The notes under the pieces are model-generated. The model saw only the letters and a list, made by a program, of their open reading frames with translations. It had not been told where the DNA came from and did not search any database. DNA of 64,000 nt, taken from NCBI GenBank assembly GCA_045837725.1, contig JBEWZL010000126.1, positions 186,001 through 250,000 of the forward strand, given 5' to 3'. Shown piece after piece: positions 37,104 to 49,419 of this stretch; the stretch's first letter is position 1; the number at the start of each line of letters is the position of its first letter. Position numbers and translations under genes: made by a program. Source of the stretch: Vermamoeba vermiformis. Lineage: Eukaryota.

Positions 37104-40100
37104 TTATTTGCCGCCTTTATTTCGACAAACAGTGTCGATCTCGTGCAATGTATTTTCAATCGCCTTGCAATCATGCAACGCGTTAAATAACTGCTTCAAG
37201 AACTTCGCTTTGAGTTCTTTAGAGACATATTTTGAAGGAAATCCATCTAACTCAAACAGTATCGTCAGATCTGAGATGTACTGCTGAGTGTACTTTGACG
37301 AAATAGCGTAAATGACTTGAGCAATATATTGGAACATTTGACGAGATAATCCACCGCTAACAGCCTTAATAAATAGAACATTAATCCAAATATTAATACC
37401 AGAAGCGAGATCCGAGCCAGTACAAATTAATTAAAAAATTCTTCGAAACTAAAGCAGGAAATTAAAGCTGCTATCGGACAAATGCCTCCGTTATCATAAT
37501 ACTAAGCGATAATAACTTACCTTGAACAGATTGGCTAGCAGCTGCGGAATGCTCTTCTGCATTACTTCCTTCATCACCGGTGCGAATCGAGCATCGTCTT
37601 CATTGCAATATTCCTGAAATGAAAAGTGTTAATTACAAACATATATAAATAATTATATCGAGTAAGCCAACCTTCAAGAAAATCAAAACAGATCGGGAGG
37701 CGTTCGGATGCGGTAACCGAAGGATTAGCGCGAGAGCAAATTGATGCACGATCCAAATTAGGCTTGATTTATCTTCTGAATTGGCGAGAGGAACATTTTG
37801 AGGGCCATAAATAATCAGCCCATTTGTTTTCTTGACCTATTTTAAATTGTTAGAGATCCGCATCCGATCGCGATTTTAAGGCTCACTAAAATTACGCTAA
37901 TCGCTAGAATATTATTATTATTCATTATTAAGAGGACTCACCACAACAAGGAGCTCAAAAAAGGCTTTGACGAGTTCCGGCCAAGACTGTATTTCTTTCT
38001 GAACGGTGTCGATCGTACTCTTTGAAATTAATACGAGTAATTCTGCGAATTTTTGCGTGCATTCATTTTCGACTTGAGGAGGTAACTGGTCTTCTGGCTT
38101 GAGCATTTTTTTTTCAACGTTGCTCGGGATCTGCAATTAGCAATCCATTAGTCAAGCTATTTAATGATATATTAACCACAATAGGGTTATTTTAACGCGA
38201 CGCATTAGCGTCTTTTTGGCATTTGTAACGGAATTTCCAAATTAGGAAATAAAATAAAATAGCTTTTAAACTGAAGTGCTAGCTTACTCGATAAAGGACC
38301 AACAAAGTGCTAAATAGCTTGAGTATAGCCGCGCTGTGGTTACGACTATAAATGATGTATATGATGTTCAATGTTGAGGGCAATAGGACTTGGAATTGAA
38401 CTTTGCTCAGCGACGTCGTTAATTGCAAGAACAGCTTGTAGAGGGTCTAAAGATAATATTAGCATGCCATAAAAATCACTTAAATTATAGTCATCAATAT
38501 AAATACATGCGTGAAAGGATCCTTGAATCTTTTTTGTTTGTATGCGCAGGATCGACCGAGATCGACCGAAAATTTGATGCACGACCAATTAAATAGTGTA
38601 ATAGTATAATAGTAACTTACGTCAACCATTTTTTCGTTTTTGCCGTATTTTTGAGCAATAACTTCGACAACAGGCCATGCTTCTTGTAACGCAGGCAAGA
38701 ACGGATGTGGCATGTTCGCAGCATTCGGCGGCAGTTTAATCTTAACCACATCTTCATCGTCTTCATATTCATCGACATCGCTATCAGTTGAAAATGCATA
38801 GAACGCATGAGCAAAAGTTTTGAGGTCAGATCGGATCAGCTCTTGTTGCTCTTTCGTCTAAAATGGATGAAAAAATTAATATTATCGCTCCAATTAATTG
38901 CATATAATACGCACTGGTTGAGGGATTTGAAGGTTGACTTTAAGTCGTTCAATAATTGGTGCAGTCAGACCGCGTAACATTCCAGCTGTTTGATCCAACG
39001 GAAATTTCGTTAAAATGACGATAGACAATGCTTCCATAACAAAGCATCGATCTTTAGATTCCTATAATCACAAGAAAGTCAATACAAAATCTTTGAAATA
39101 ACGCGTAGCGAATGGACGGATTCGCATCCAGATTATTAAGTTCCAAAAAAAATGCATTAATATAATAAACTATACTATAACAACATTTACCTTGAGCAAA
39201 TTATCGTTCATTAATGCCTTGGAAGCGACATCAAGTAACGCCAAGTCTTGTTGGCCAATACTCGCTTGCAGCGATTTCGTCAAATAGTTGAACGTTTTAG
39301 CAGCAGCGCTAGCCAAGAAGGGTTCTAAGAACATACGTTAGTACTGACCGGTAATAATAATAATAACTATTAATCCAAAGCTAAAGGTGGTTTGGATCGG
39401 ATCCGCTGAAGCATTTTTTTTCGTACCGTTTAATGAAGCCATAGTAAATTGAATAGCTCGTGGAATATATTCTAAATGATTCTTCAGCCACTTAGCATAT
39501 TCACCGAGCACTTTGATCGCAGTTTGATACAAGTACTTGTTCATCGGCAACGCTGGGAACACATCCATAATGGGCTTGATGTAATCCGAAATAGTCTGCA
39601 ATAAATAACCATTAATATTAACATATAATATATTGAGTATGTATAACTAAATTTTAGCTCAAATAGCTCAAAATAATGCTTTTGGTGGATCGGATGTGGA
39701 TCGGGCTTACCATGTGAGCGGCAGCTAATTCACTAACAGACCATATAGCAAATAAATATGACTCAATAGCTCTCCAATCATTCTTGTTCGTATTAAATTG
39801 CATTTGCAAGCCACTAATAAGAATATCTAAGGTCGTCTGATTAATCACTCGATACGCATCCAACAGCGAATCACTTAACGTCGCTCGGAACGATCTAAAT
39901 TCATCAATATCATCTGTAATATGCATATTAGAAAACATTAGTACTATATTTTGATTATCTTACGAGAGCTCATGTCTTCAATATCTTCGGGAATGAGCGC
40001 TTGTGAACGCAAAATTTTAACAAATTCAACGAACGCTTCGGAGAATTCTTTTTGAGTTTTTTCTGCATATATAAATGTATTAGCATTTCAATTATAATAC

Positions 40101-41920
40101 TTTTATTGATCCTAGTGTTATAAATGACCGATTTAATTAGGTTAGATCGGCATCGAAAAAATTAAATGCATCATAAATGTATGTGGCTTACCGTCATAAT
40201 CGCTGATTAAATTTTCTTGGAATTCAAACCAAAAAGATGACGTTAATGTTGCTACTTCTTGATCGGGATTAGCGCTGCATTCAATCAGCATTTTGATCAA
40301 CGGAATGCCCAATTCTTTTTCTTTGATTAACTACGCGTCATAATATGTACCATTAGTATCTATCTTCATAATATACTTCGGGTTCTATTAAATTTTTGTT
40401 ACTTACGACTCCGACGTGTTGCTCGCAGCAAGTTGAAAACAACGAACAATAGGCCCGAGAAATTCGATAGTCATTCACTAATTAAATATGATTATACTAA
40501 TTGAAAAATTATATGTCCTATAAATATAATAAAAGTAGAGTACGAATCATGGCTAAATTCGGTACAAAAATAAATTTGATAAAATTATCGAAGATAAAAT
40601 ACGGACCTTTAACAGCAGCTTGGTACTTAGGGAACAAAACAATAGCCTTTTGCAGCATTAATCGCACTGCTGTCGGATATTTCGTCATCGTGTTCGACTG
40701 CACCACAGCACTGAGCACATCCGAGGCATCGGTGATCATTTCAGCCAGCTGAGTGTCCATATTGTACGAGATATTAATGCTTTCAAGACATTCGTAGATT
40801 GTTCCGAGAATCGGCAACTTCAATAATTCACTGAAACAGAATTTTAGCAAAGTTTAATCTACGAGGAAAAAACGAGATCTTACCCGATCGGAATTTCAGC
40901 ATTGACCCAGCTTAATAAGCACTTCATAGCTTTAACCTTTAAAGGCAATGCTTCATTTCTAATAAATGCATCGAGTATTGGCATCATAGTCGGTACGAGC
41001 GAATAAATGTACGAATATAAATTTTTTCTGTAAATATCGTTAGTAAGCTATAACTATACTATATAAATAATATAATGGTACCTCTGCTCTTCGGTAATAG
41101 CGGCAGTACCGAGTTCTTCGGGGAAAACGCGCCATAATTCCAAAAAAGCATTTCGCGGATCGATCGCGTTTGGATCTGCCGCCTAATGTGATTGATTAAT
41201 TGACTAATTATTGTAGTATTATAGACGTACTGGTTGAGATAAAGGCAATAAATCTTCGAACATTTTCGGCCAACTTTTCGGGACCAAATTAATTGCTGCT
41301 TGTGCGATCGCAACACAAAGTCGAACTAAAACTATTGAAGGACCTTGTGAAAACATTTTTAAGTGTTGTAATAATATACGAAGCAATTCAAATTGTTGCT
41401 CGCGGTTTAATTGGGACCTATTGCAAAAAACAAGTTAGATGTGTCTCTTCGTAAAACAAATCCAAAAAAAGCAAATTAATTTTGACGTAGGTAAGCTTAC
41501 CAATCCCTTCTTAATTTAATTTCGAGCGTTTGAGCGCCAAAATGTTGTGACACTACGTTATTCTATAAAAATAGCCGTTAGAAAATGAAAAAAGATCTCG
41601 ATCGAGCTTCTAATACTTACTTTGTTTTTTAATAATAAAATAGATATATTGTATGCTTCAGGTGTTTGTTGAAATTTGAGCAGCCATTGTTCTGCTAGAT
41701 TTCTGGATGTATTTGTTGCGCCACTACCGTAAGCAGCAGCCACTGCCTATATAAAATAACAAAATTAATTTTTAATTATAAAATAAATTATCTTTGATTG
41801 CGGTGAATAAAGCGTAATCAAATTGATTGGGCTGAGTACCAGATAAATTGGAAAAAAGTTTTTGAAAAGTCGCCAGCTTACTTGTTCAACTTGTTCTAAT
41901 GTTGGCTGTTGATTTTCCAT
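37104..41920 (-). CDS. Importin-13/transportin-3 (Mtr10)-like karyopherin
   Basis: 'AEQWLLKFQQTPEAYNISILLL', 'FGAQTLEIKLRRDW', 'FRSFRATLSDSLLDAY', 'DWRAIESYLFAIWSVSE', 'LGEYAKWLKNH', 'HPFLPALQEAWPV'. Confidence 0.87.
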
Positions 41921-42445
41921 AGTAATTATCTAAATAAGTACTGGGTTTGCATAAAGCTTATCGAAAATATAATAAAAATAATTATTTACAAATAAATAGA
42001 TCTGCTTGGTTTAGCCTTCACTAACGATCACCTCATCGAGTTTGCTAGTGTTAATAAATATAAAGGCATGCACGTGTTAATTCGATTGTTTGTGCTCGCA
42101 AAAATAAATATCAGACCAAGGTCTGAATGTCATAAATTATTTTCGACGTCCAAAAACAGAAAGAATAACCATAACCGAACCAACTAGCTAATATAAGATT
42201 GCTACGATTATTCGTTAGATATCTCCTCTATCAGCGAGTAAGAACCCTGAACAGAAGAGCGAAATCCAGTTGTGATTCATTTTTTTCTTCGAATGACCGA
42301 TAAAAGGTAATTTACGTACGAATATTAATATACATATTGCGGAATATTGCCCAATTACTCGAATTTAATATTTCGTGCATTTGCATCCGAGTTCAAAAAT
42401 TGAAATTCAGCCAGATGTGACTAATCATTTTATTCAGCAGCGCAA

Positions 42446-44946
42446 ATGAATCTCGAAGTATTCAAAATAGTCTATAAGCTATCAGAGCGATTTAAATCTG
42501 ACGAAGACAGATTTTGGAAATTAATTGTCGAGCTTTTCGTAGTAGAAGGCGTTCAATCAATTCAGCTCGGTAATTTAGCGCCAAAATTCGAGGTTTTCTA
42601 CGGCAGAAAGACCAAATATACAGGTATAATCACGAAATACGAAACTTTAATTTTGACATCTTCGATCCAACTCAATTTTTTGCTCTGGTAGGCAAGATGC
42701 GAAGCTTAGTATCATCGCCTGAATTTTGCAACATATGCAAAGTTGTTCAAATAGATAGCACAGTTAATATTGAACCATCGGATGTCATCAAGCTAATAGT
42801 TCAAGGACTAGCTGGATCTGGCACCGATACCACGCAAAACAAGTCACTTGCAGTATAATAGCATTGCTAATATAAGCAATATTGATATGAATAGTGAAAA
42901 AATCGGGCAAGGAAAAAAAGTCAAGGAGTCACTTTTGACCGTGGATCTGGACGCCGTTGCAACAATTAGAAGTCGGGATATCTATCCAAATAATCCATTT
43001 TTGGAGAAAGCCCGGCAACTAGAAGACAGTTCAAGTAATAATAATAATAATGTAATTATAACAACGTCGCAAAATAACCCATTTGTACCACTTGCGGAAG
43101 TAGAACAAATGATCCTGTCAAAATTAGAAAGCATGAAAACCGATGTTCAACCTAATAATACGAACAAAATGAATATGGAAAGCATTAATACGCAAGAGGA
43201 AGAGATGAAGCGCAATGGTAGTCACAACGAATCTGAAAGATTTGGATCGATGGTGCTAGAGGAATTAACTTGCTTATTCTGCATGGAAATATTGCAACAA
43301 GCAGTCGAAACTAGTTGTTGCAAAGCATTGTGCTGTTCAGAATGCACCGAGAAAATGATCAAAATGAGAAAAATTCGCAATTCATGTCCAGTCTGCAGAG
43401 CGCAAGAAATTCAGTGGATCCCAAACGAACCAATCAGAAGAATCCTATCGAAGAAGCCGACGAAGTGCGGTATTGATGGCTGTGACACGTGGTCTACTTT
43501 AGGTGAAATTTCGCAGCACAAAATCACGTGCGAGTACAGACTAACAGACTGCGAAAACGCCGAAAATGGATGTGATTACAGAGCAATTGCAAAGTTATTA
43601 GCCGAACATTTAAACACGTGTCAATTTAAAATTGTTCCGTGTCCTTTTTGCGACATTAAGATTCTCCGTCGAGAGCAAAATTCGCACGAAAATATTTGCC
43701 ATTTAAAACCAGCGCAGTGCACATTATGCCAACAATTCTTTCCAAAGCCCACATTGAATGATCATATGACCAAATGTGACTATAGAGTAATGAAGTGCAA
43801 AAACGGTTGTAAAGATCCGATCCCGTTGAAAGATTTGCAAAAGCACGAAACTGAAGAGTGCGAGCGCCGGTACGTCATTTCTTAAAAAGCAATATCGATT
43901 TTAACTAATTGAGGATCCTAAGGCGAATTCATTGTCCGAATCAGGGCTGTACCGTACGAGATTTGGTCCCAAAAATAGAAAGTCACTTATTGCAATGTCC
44001 TCATCGAGTTATTCCGTGCACCAATGAGGGATGCAATACTTTGATTTCAGCTGCAAATTTGAAAGGTCACTTGACGAACTGCAAATTTCGAGTAGTGCCG
44101 TGCAAGAACAAAGAGTGCCACGAGAAGATTGCATTCAACACCATGCAAAAGCATTTATCTGAATGCCGTTTCAGACCTGTTAAATGCATGCATATCAATT
44201 GCAACAAATATGTTGCGCTAGCATTCCTCAAGGCTCATGAAAAGCAATGCGAATGGAAGCCGAAGAATTGTCCACACAGCTGTGGCATAAAATTACCGCA
44301 AAACGAGATGGCATCACACACGCCACAATGCCAGTATAAAAAAGTTCCGTGCGCGAATGAAGGATGCAAAGTTAACGTCCCGTTGAAGTATCTTTCACAG
44401 CACATTGCCGACGACTGTCTATTTAAGTTGCGGCCGTGCCCTCACAAAGGCTGCACTGAAGTACTCAAGGGCCAAGACTTTGTGCTACACAGCAGCAAGT
44501 TCTGCTTGTTCAAAAAGCATCCGTGCATTCACGTCGGTTGCGAAGAGATGTTCACTACTGCCGAGCTTCATCTGCACGAAGAAAAGTGTCCGCATCGCAA
44601 GCTAAAGTGCCCTAATGTCGGATGCAATCAATGCTTCAAACAAAAAGAATTGTACGAGCACGTCAAGTCCTGTCAATTCAAGCTACTTTCGTGCCCCAAC
44701 GAAGGTTGTCCGTTCAAAGGTCTCGACACTGAAATCCCAAAACACGTCCGTATCTGCAAATATCGCGAGGCGAAGTGTCGGCACAAAGGCTGTGGTGCTT
44801 CCGTGAAGAAAATTGAATTAGAAAAACATGAAGAGGAGTGCCAACATGCCTTGTGGAACTGTCGCTTTGACGGCTGTTCAGTCGTGGTGAAGAAAATGGA
44901 TCTGTACAACCACGAGTCAACTTGTAGTTACAAATTAAAGCAATAA
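42446..44946 (+). CDS. RING + 17 tandem TRAF-type zinc fingers, no MATH domain; possible LOTUS/OST-HTH-like N-terminus
   Basis: RING-like 'CLFC...CCKALCCSEC...CPVC'; 17 C-x(2-6)-C-x(11)-H-x(3-4)-C units counted across 43465-44930; introns near 42624-42691 and 43870-43922. Confidence 0.85.
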
Positions 44947-45083
44947 CTTGGTTCTCATAAAAACATTAATTCATATATCTGTACCATTTGTCTATTTAGC
45001 AATTGGTGGCGCAACTGTCAAATCATTTGTTCGGCACGGGGAAGTCAACGCAAGCGGAGCTCCACCTAAGAGTTTGATTAGGT

Positions 45084-46200
45084 CTATAATGTAATAAATC
45101 TATAGTTAGTACCTTCAGCAGGGCAAGCAAGAGGTATCGGACACGAAGCTGACGGGCCAAGGAACGTAAAAATTGGTCCCAAGAGCCACGCGACAGAGGT
45201 GTTTGTCATCGATAGTGGACAGATAGATACAGTCACTGGACCCGACGAATGAGATGGTGTAATGCACTCGAGCTTAGGAACGATATGATCAGTACTATAG
45301 GCCGATGGTGCACGAGGACTTACTGTTTTCGGATCCACAAGTTTCGAGGGAACGATTGTCGCGCCAAACCGCACGCAGTAATTGCCTTCGAAATTTTCTC
45401 CGCGAATAAGCACCTAGTAACATATTAGTCATAATGTTATATTTAATTGGAATATTGAAGTCGCACCTTGTCTCCACCAAAGATAGTACCAGCGTTGGGC
45501 TCGATCTTGTTGATTTTGATCCCGCAAGATTGCGTTGCTTCATTTGCAAAGAATTGCTTATTATTTTCTCTAATTTTATCTACTCGTTCACGAAAATTTC
45601 TGAGTATTTCTTGCGTTTCTGGAGGTTGTTTCGTTAGTCGAACTTTGAGGATCTGCTGCCGGGCTTCGCTGCCATTTGAACTTCTTAAAGATGATTTAAC
45701 GTACTCTTCAATACGTGTCTCTAATTTCTATGAGCGAAGAGTAATTTAATTTAGCGTTTCCATTTCTAAAAATAAATTCCAATTTGCGATCTGAATCCGA
45801 ACTCTTTCCTTATTTATGCAGAATAATAATTTCTTTACCCAAATAATTAGCAGTTTTATTATATAAATTAGGCATAATTTTAGAAGTTAAATTCTAATCG
45901 AATAAAGCAATACCTGTTCGTGGATGTAGCGAGATAACAACACCAAGGGCAGTGAAGCGTACAATTCTTGTTGCAAATAATCTTCAAGATCAAATACATC
46001 TTCCAAAGCCAAAAGCTTGCGCATAAATTGAATTAACAAGATCGTAGAGCAACCTACGCCCGTGGATTTGAAACGAATGTAATTGCTGACCACTTCGCGC
46101 AAGTAATTCTACATCATAATATGCTGCATCATCCATGGGTACTACTAATATGATCGTACAACGAACTTGACTTCGGCAAGCTATTTTTATTTTGCGAAAG
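45084..46200 (-). CDS. IPT/TIG-domain protein (5' end uncertain)
   Basis: 'KIEPNAGTIFGGDK/VLIRGENFEGNYCVRFG...LECITPSHSSGPVTVSI' is an IPT/TIG pattern. Confidence 0.65.
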
Positions 46201-46272
46201 ATTCTGTCGGAGAATCTTTTTTGGCCTGATCCAAGTGCACGGAGCGTTTTCAAACTGAATATACATCAACTG

Positions 46273-49256
46273 CTATTGCTTGAATAACTTTTCTTTTCGG
46301 CATTGCTCGACGTACTCTTTGGTGGCTGGATCTTGCTTGATATTTGATAGCTGCAAAACCTTGCCGCGCCAAGTGCTAGTTTCAGGCAACAAATCTTCAT
46401 CTATTAATAGTTTAATTGCTGTCCTATTATTATGATGCACGGCAAGCCATGTGACGGGCATAAAAACATCACTACCATCGTGGCTAACAAGGTAGCCCAG
46501 AGCATCAATCAAAACTTCTTTCTTGACAAGTTTGCGCTCCAAAATGAACTTGAGAGTGAATAAAGCATCGTTAGTTGAGTGTTGCATACAGTATCTGACC
46601 AACTGTGATTTTGAGAATGACGGATCCAAAACGATCGTGTTGCCCAACTTTTCTGACCGCAAAATTCTTCGAAACCAATAAGTCATTTTCGACGCTGTTT
46701 CTTCGTTAGAAAAATCACCGTTGGCAATGTATACGGCTAATTCCAGAGCTTTTGTTGACGTGAAGCCTTGGCCCCAATGAGCCCAAAAGAACCGGGTGAA
46801 CGGCTCTATCGCAGCATTGTATATAACCGGAAGTCCCCAACTTTGTTTCGATAATATTAATAACAGTTCGTAATATAATGGCACATCTATATCTTCATAA
46901 CTCAAAATCTGATCGATCAATTCTTTCGGCAGCAATTTGAAGTAATTATCTTCGTTGCCAAACTTCCACGCTGTTTTGACTAACACTCGTTTAGTATAGT
47001 CTTCGTAATTCACTTTCTTAGTTTCCAATTGCCGAGCATATTGACGAAATGATTGCATTTGGAGAAACCTTATCAACTGGAGAGTGAAGCGCCAATTTAA
47101 GCAAACCAAAGGATGCCCTTCGTTGAAGCAATAAATCGACCAGAGGCGCGCTGCATTTTCTGGTTATTTCTAGCATTTTCTGAATGAGAAATTCGGAGCA
47201 ATTTTCAACGATTCTCGTTTGCGTAAAACTTAATTCCGTTCCTGAACTCCTTTACAAAGATAATTATTAGATCTTATTTAAAATTAATATTCAATGATAC
47301 GTACGCGGTTTCTATTGATGCACCATTATTCATCAACCAGAGCAACATGTCTTCATGAATAACTTCACGCGCGACGCACATGTGAAGGAGGTTGGTTTCT
47401 GGATCCTACCAAACAAAGATAGATCTATATCTACTAAGAATATTATAATTGATGTCGAATAAAAATCTTCTGGTCGACGTACCATTATCTGCAACACATT
47501 TTTTCAATTTTTCGAAATTTCCTTCTTGCGCACATTTAACGGCCATATAATCAGCGATTGCTTTGGTATATCCTCCATTTGATATACCAAATACGATCCT
47601 ATCATTGGGAATACATTCAGATACATCTTTGTCTTGGAGTTGTATTGTCCGGAAATTCATGAAGCGTAACTTCCTCGATTCAGCCGTCTCAGTCCATTGC
47701 AACTTAATTTCACCAGCCACACTGCAGTACGTGAAGAATGATGACATATTCAGGGCATCTAATCCATAGATACATAAGTATAATCGTGAAAAAAATTGTC
47801 GTCGGTGTTTTACCTGTAGCAAGTTCTCTTCTATTGTCGTCAGAGATGCATCCAACAAACCACGGCTGTTCATCGAGTGGAAGTTCTAAGGCTTCTTTTG
47901 TGACTGCAACGTAAGTATGAGGAAATGTTGAGAACAATTGATCCGCCAAACTTGACTTGACAATTAATTCGTACAAGTTGCTTGTTGTGATATTATCGTA
48001 TGAATACGTCACACAATTAGCTGTAATTTCTTTTTTGATTGGAATTCGATGATTTTGTTTGCTGTTACGTTTGCGATAAACGATCGCGCATTGTTTCGGT
48101 TTTCATGATCTTGCACCCAAACGTTGGTCAAGCCTCTCGTAAAAGTCCCTTTAGAATCCCAAGACTTAAAGCGGATTAATTCTCCTACAATTCATGAGAT
48201 TAATGCCAAAGCAATCCATATAAGGAGAATTATACCCGTCGGAATTAACATGGTTGGTTTCGTTGCTTCAGCTTTGGTGCAAATGAAAGGTTAGTATAAA
48301 CCGCTAATTATTAGCTAGTATTATATGACGCATACTATTACTGATTAAATCTAGCAGTATTGAGCTCGCGTCATTCCATGGCCAACTTTGTGACGTGTGC
48401 ATGACAAATTCGTCGAAGCCGATGGCAGCGTCAAAATTTAGCTATTTTTCCGGCTCTAAGTGCCTCTACTATTTCCTATAAATCAAAATTAATTATTAAT
48501 TCGTTCGTGTAAGGTGACGTACAGTTACGACGTTTTCGTCAAAAACCTTCAGATGACAAAGCTTAAAAAAGTGCGGAAACAGCGCTATAGTCATGTCATT
48601 AGTCTTTCTCTCATTTGCACATCGTAGGGCGAGGAGTAATGATTGGTTATCGAAGGTAAAATGCTCTTGTTTGTCGTTAAGAAAATCGGTTAGGAAGTCT
48701 GGATCGCTGTATTGCGCAATCAATGCAAGTAATTCGGGTCTACTAACGGCCAATTTTTCTGCACTGGCTCTATGCAATGCTGATTTGAACTGGAAATCTG
48801 GTCGAACGCGTTAGACGAGAATTAATCTGATCCGATGAAGAAATGCACTTACTAGCTTTGAAATAAACATACGAGCCTTTCTTAACCAAATAAAGTAACT
48901 TCTTGTGAGTGAATACTCGCCGCAAATCTGGAAAAAGTGCAATTTGAGTCAATAATAGGAATTTTTTTGATATTTTGAAATAATTATTTGCCTAGCTCCA
49001 AAAAATCGGAAAAATATATTCGTTAGTAAAACATACTGAGTGCATAATGGTCGGTTACTTCCAAGAAAAATTTGTCGTCCAGAAGCAGATTTAGCTGTTT
49101 GGATGTGCTCTTAAGCGCCACAAACCAAACAAATATTGCATCTTCTCGTTTAATACGATATCTTTTGCCGTTATTCTTTGAATAATAACAATGAATGAAT
49201 ATTTGTTTCCATAATCGAAGAGGAATCGAATGTATTGAAATCCCGCTCGCATCCAT
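46273..49256 (-). CDS. F-box-like protein, tandem paralog 1 (ankyrin-like segments); frame breaks present
   Basis: N-terminus 'IPLRLWKQIF...WFVALKSTSKQLNLLLDDKFF'; collinear exon-by-exon similarity with 49420-52504; frame breaks near 48102 and 47025. Confidence 0.65.
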
Positions 49257-49419
49257 TTTCTTTGGTTTTGAAATTAACAGGAAAATATAAGCATAGTGGT
49301 TATATAAACATCGAAAAAAAAGGAGATTCGATTGTTACGTTGTCACTTGGATACTCCAGTCACGTCGAGTTTCGGGACTTTGCATTCAAAAAGCCAAAAG
49401 GTTTACTGCGACGCGTTTA

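Noticed and set aside
45990-46253. +1 frameshift at the start of the IPT/TIG gene
   Set aside because: A GTACGA...TGTAG intron accounts for the frame change.
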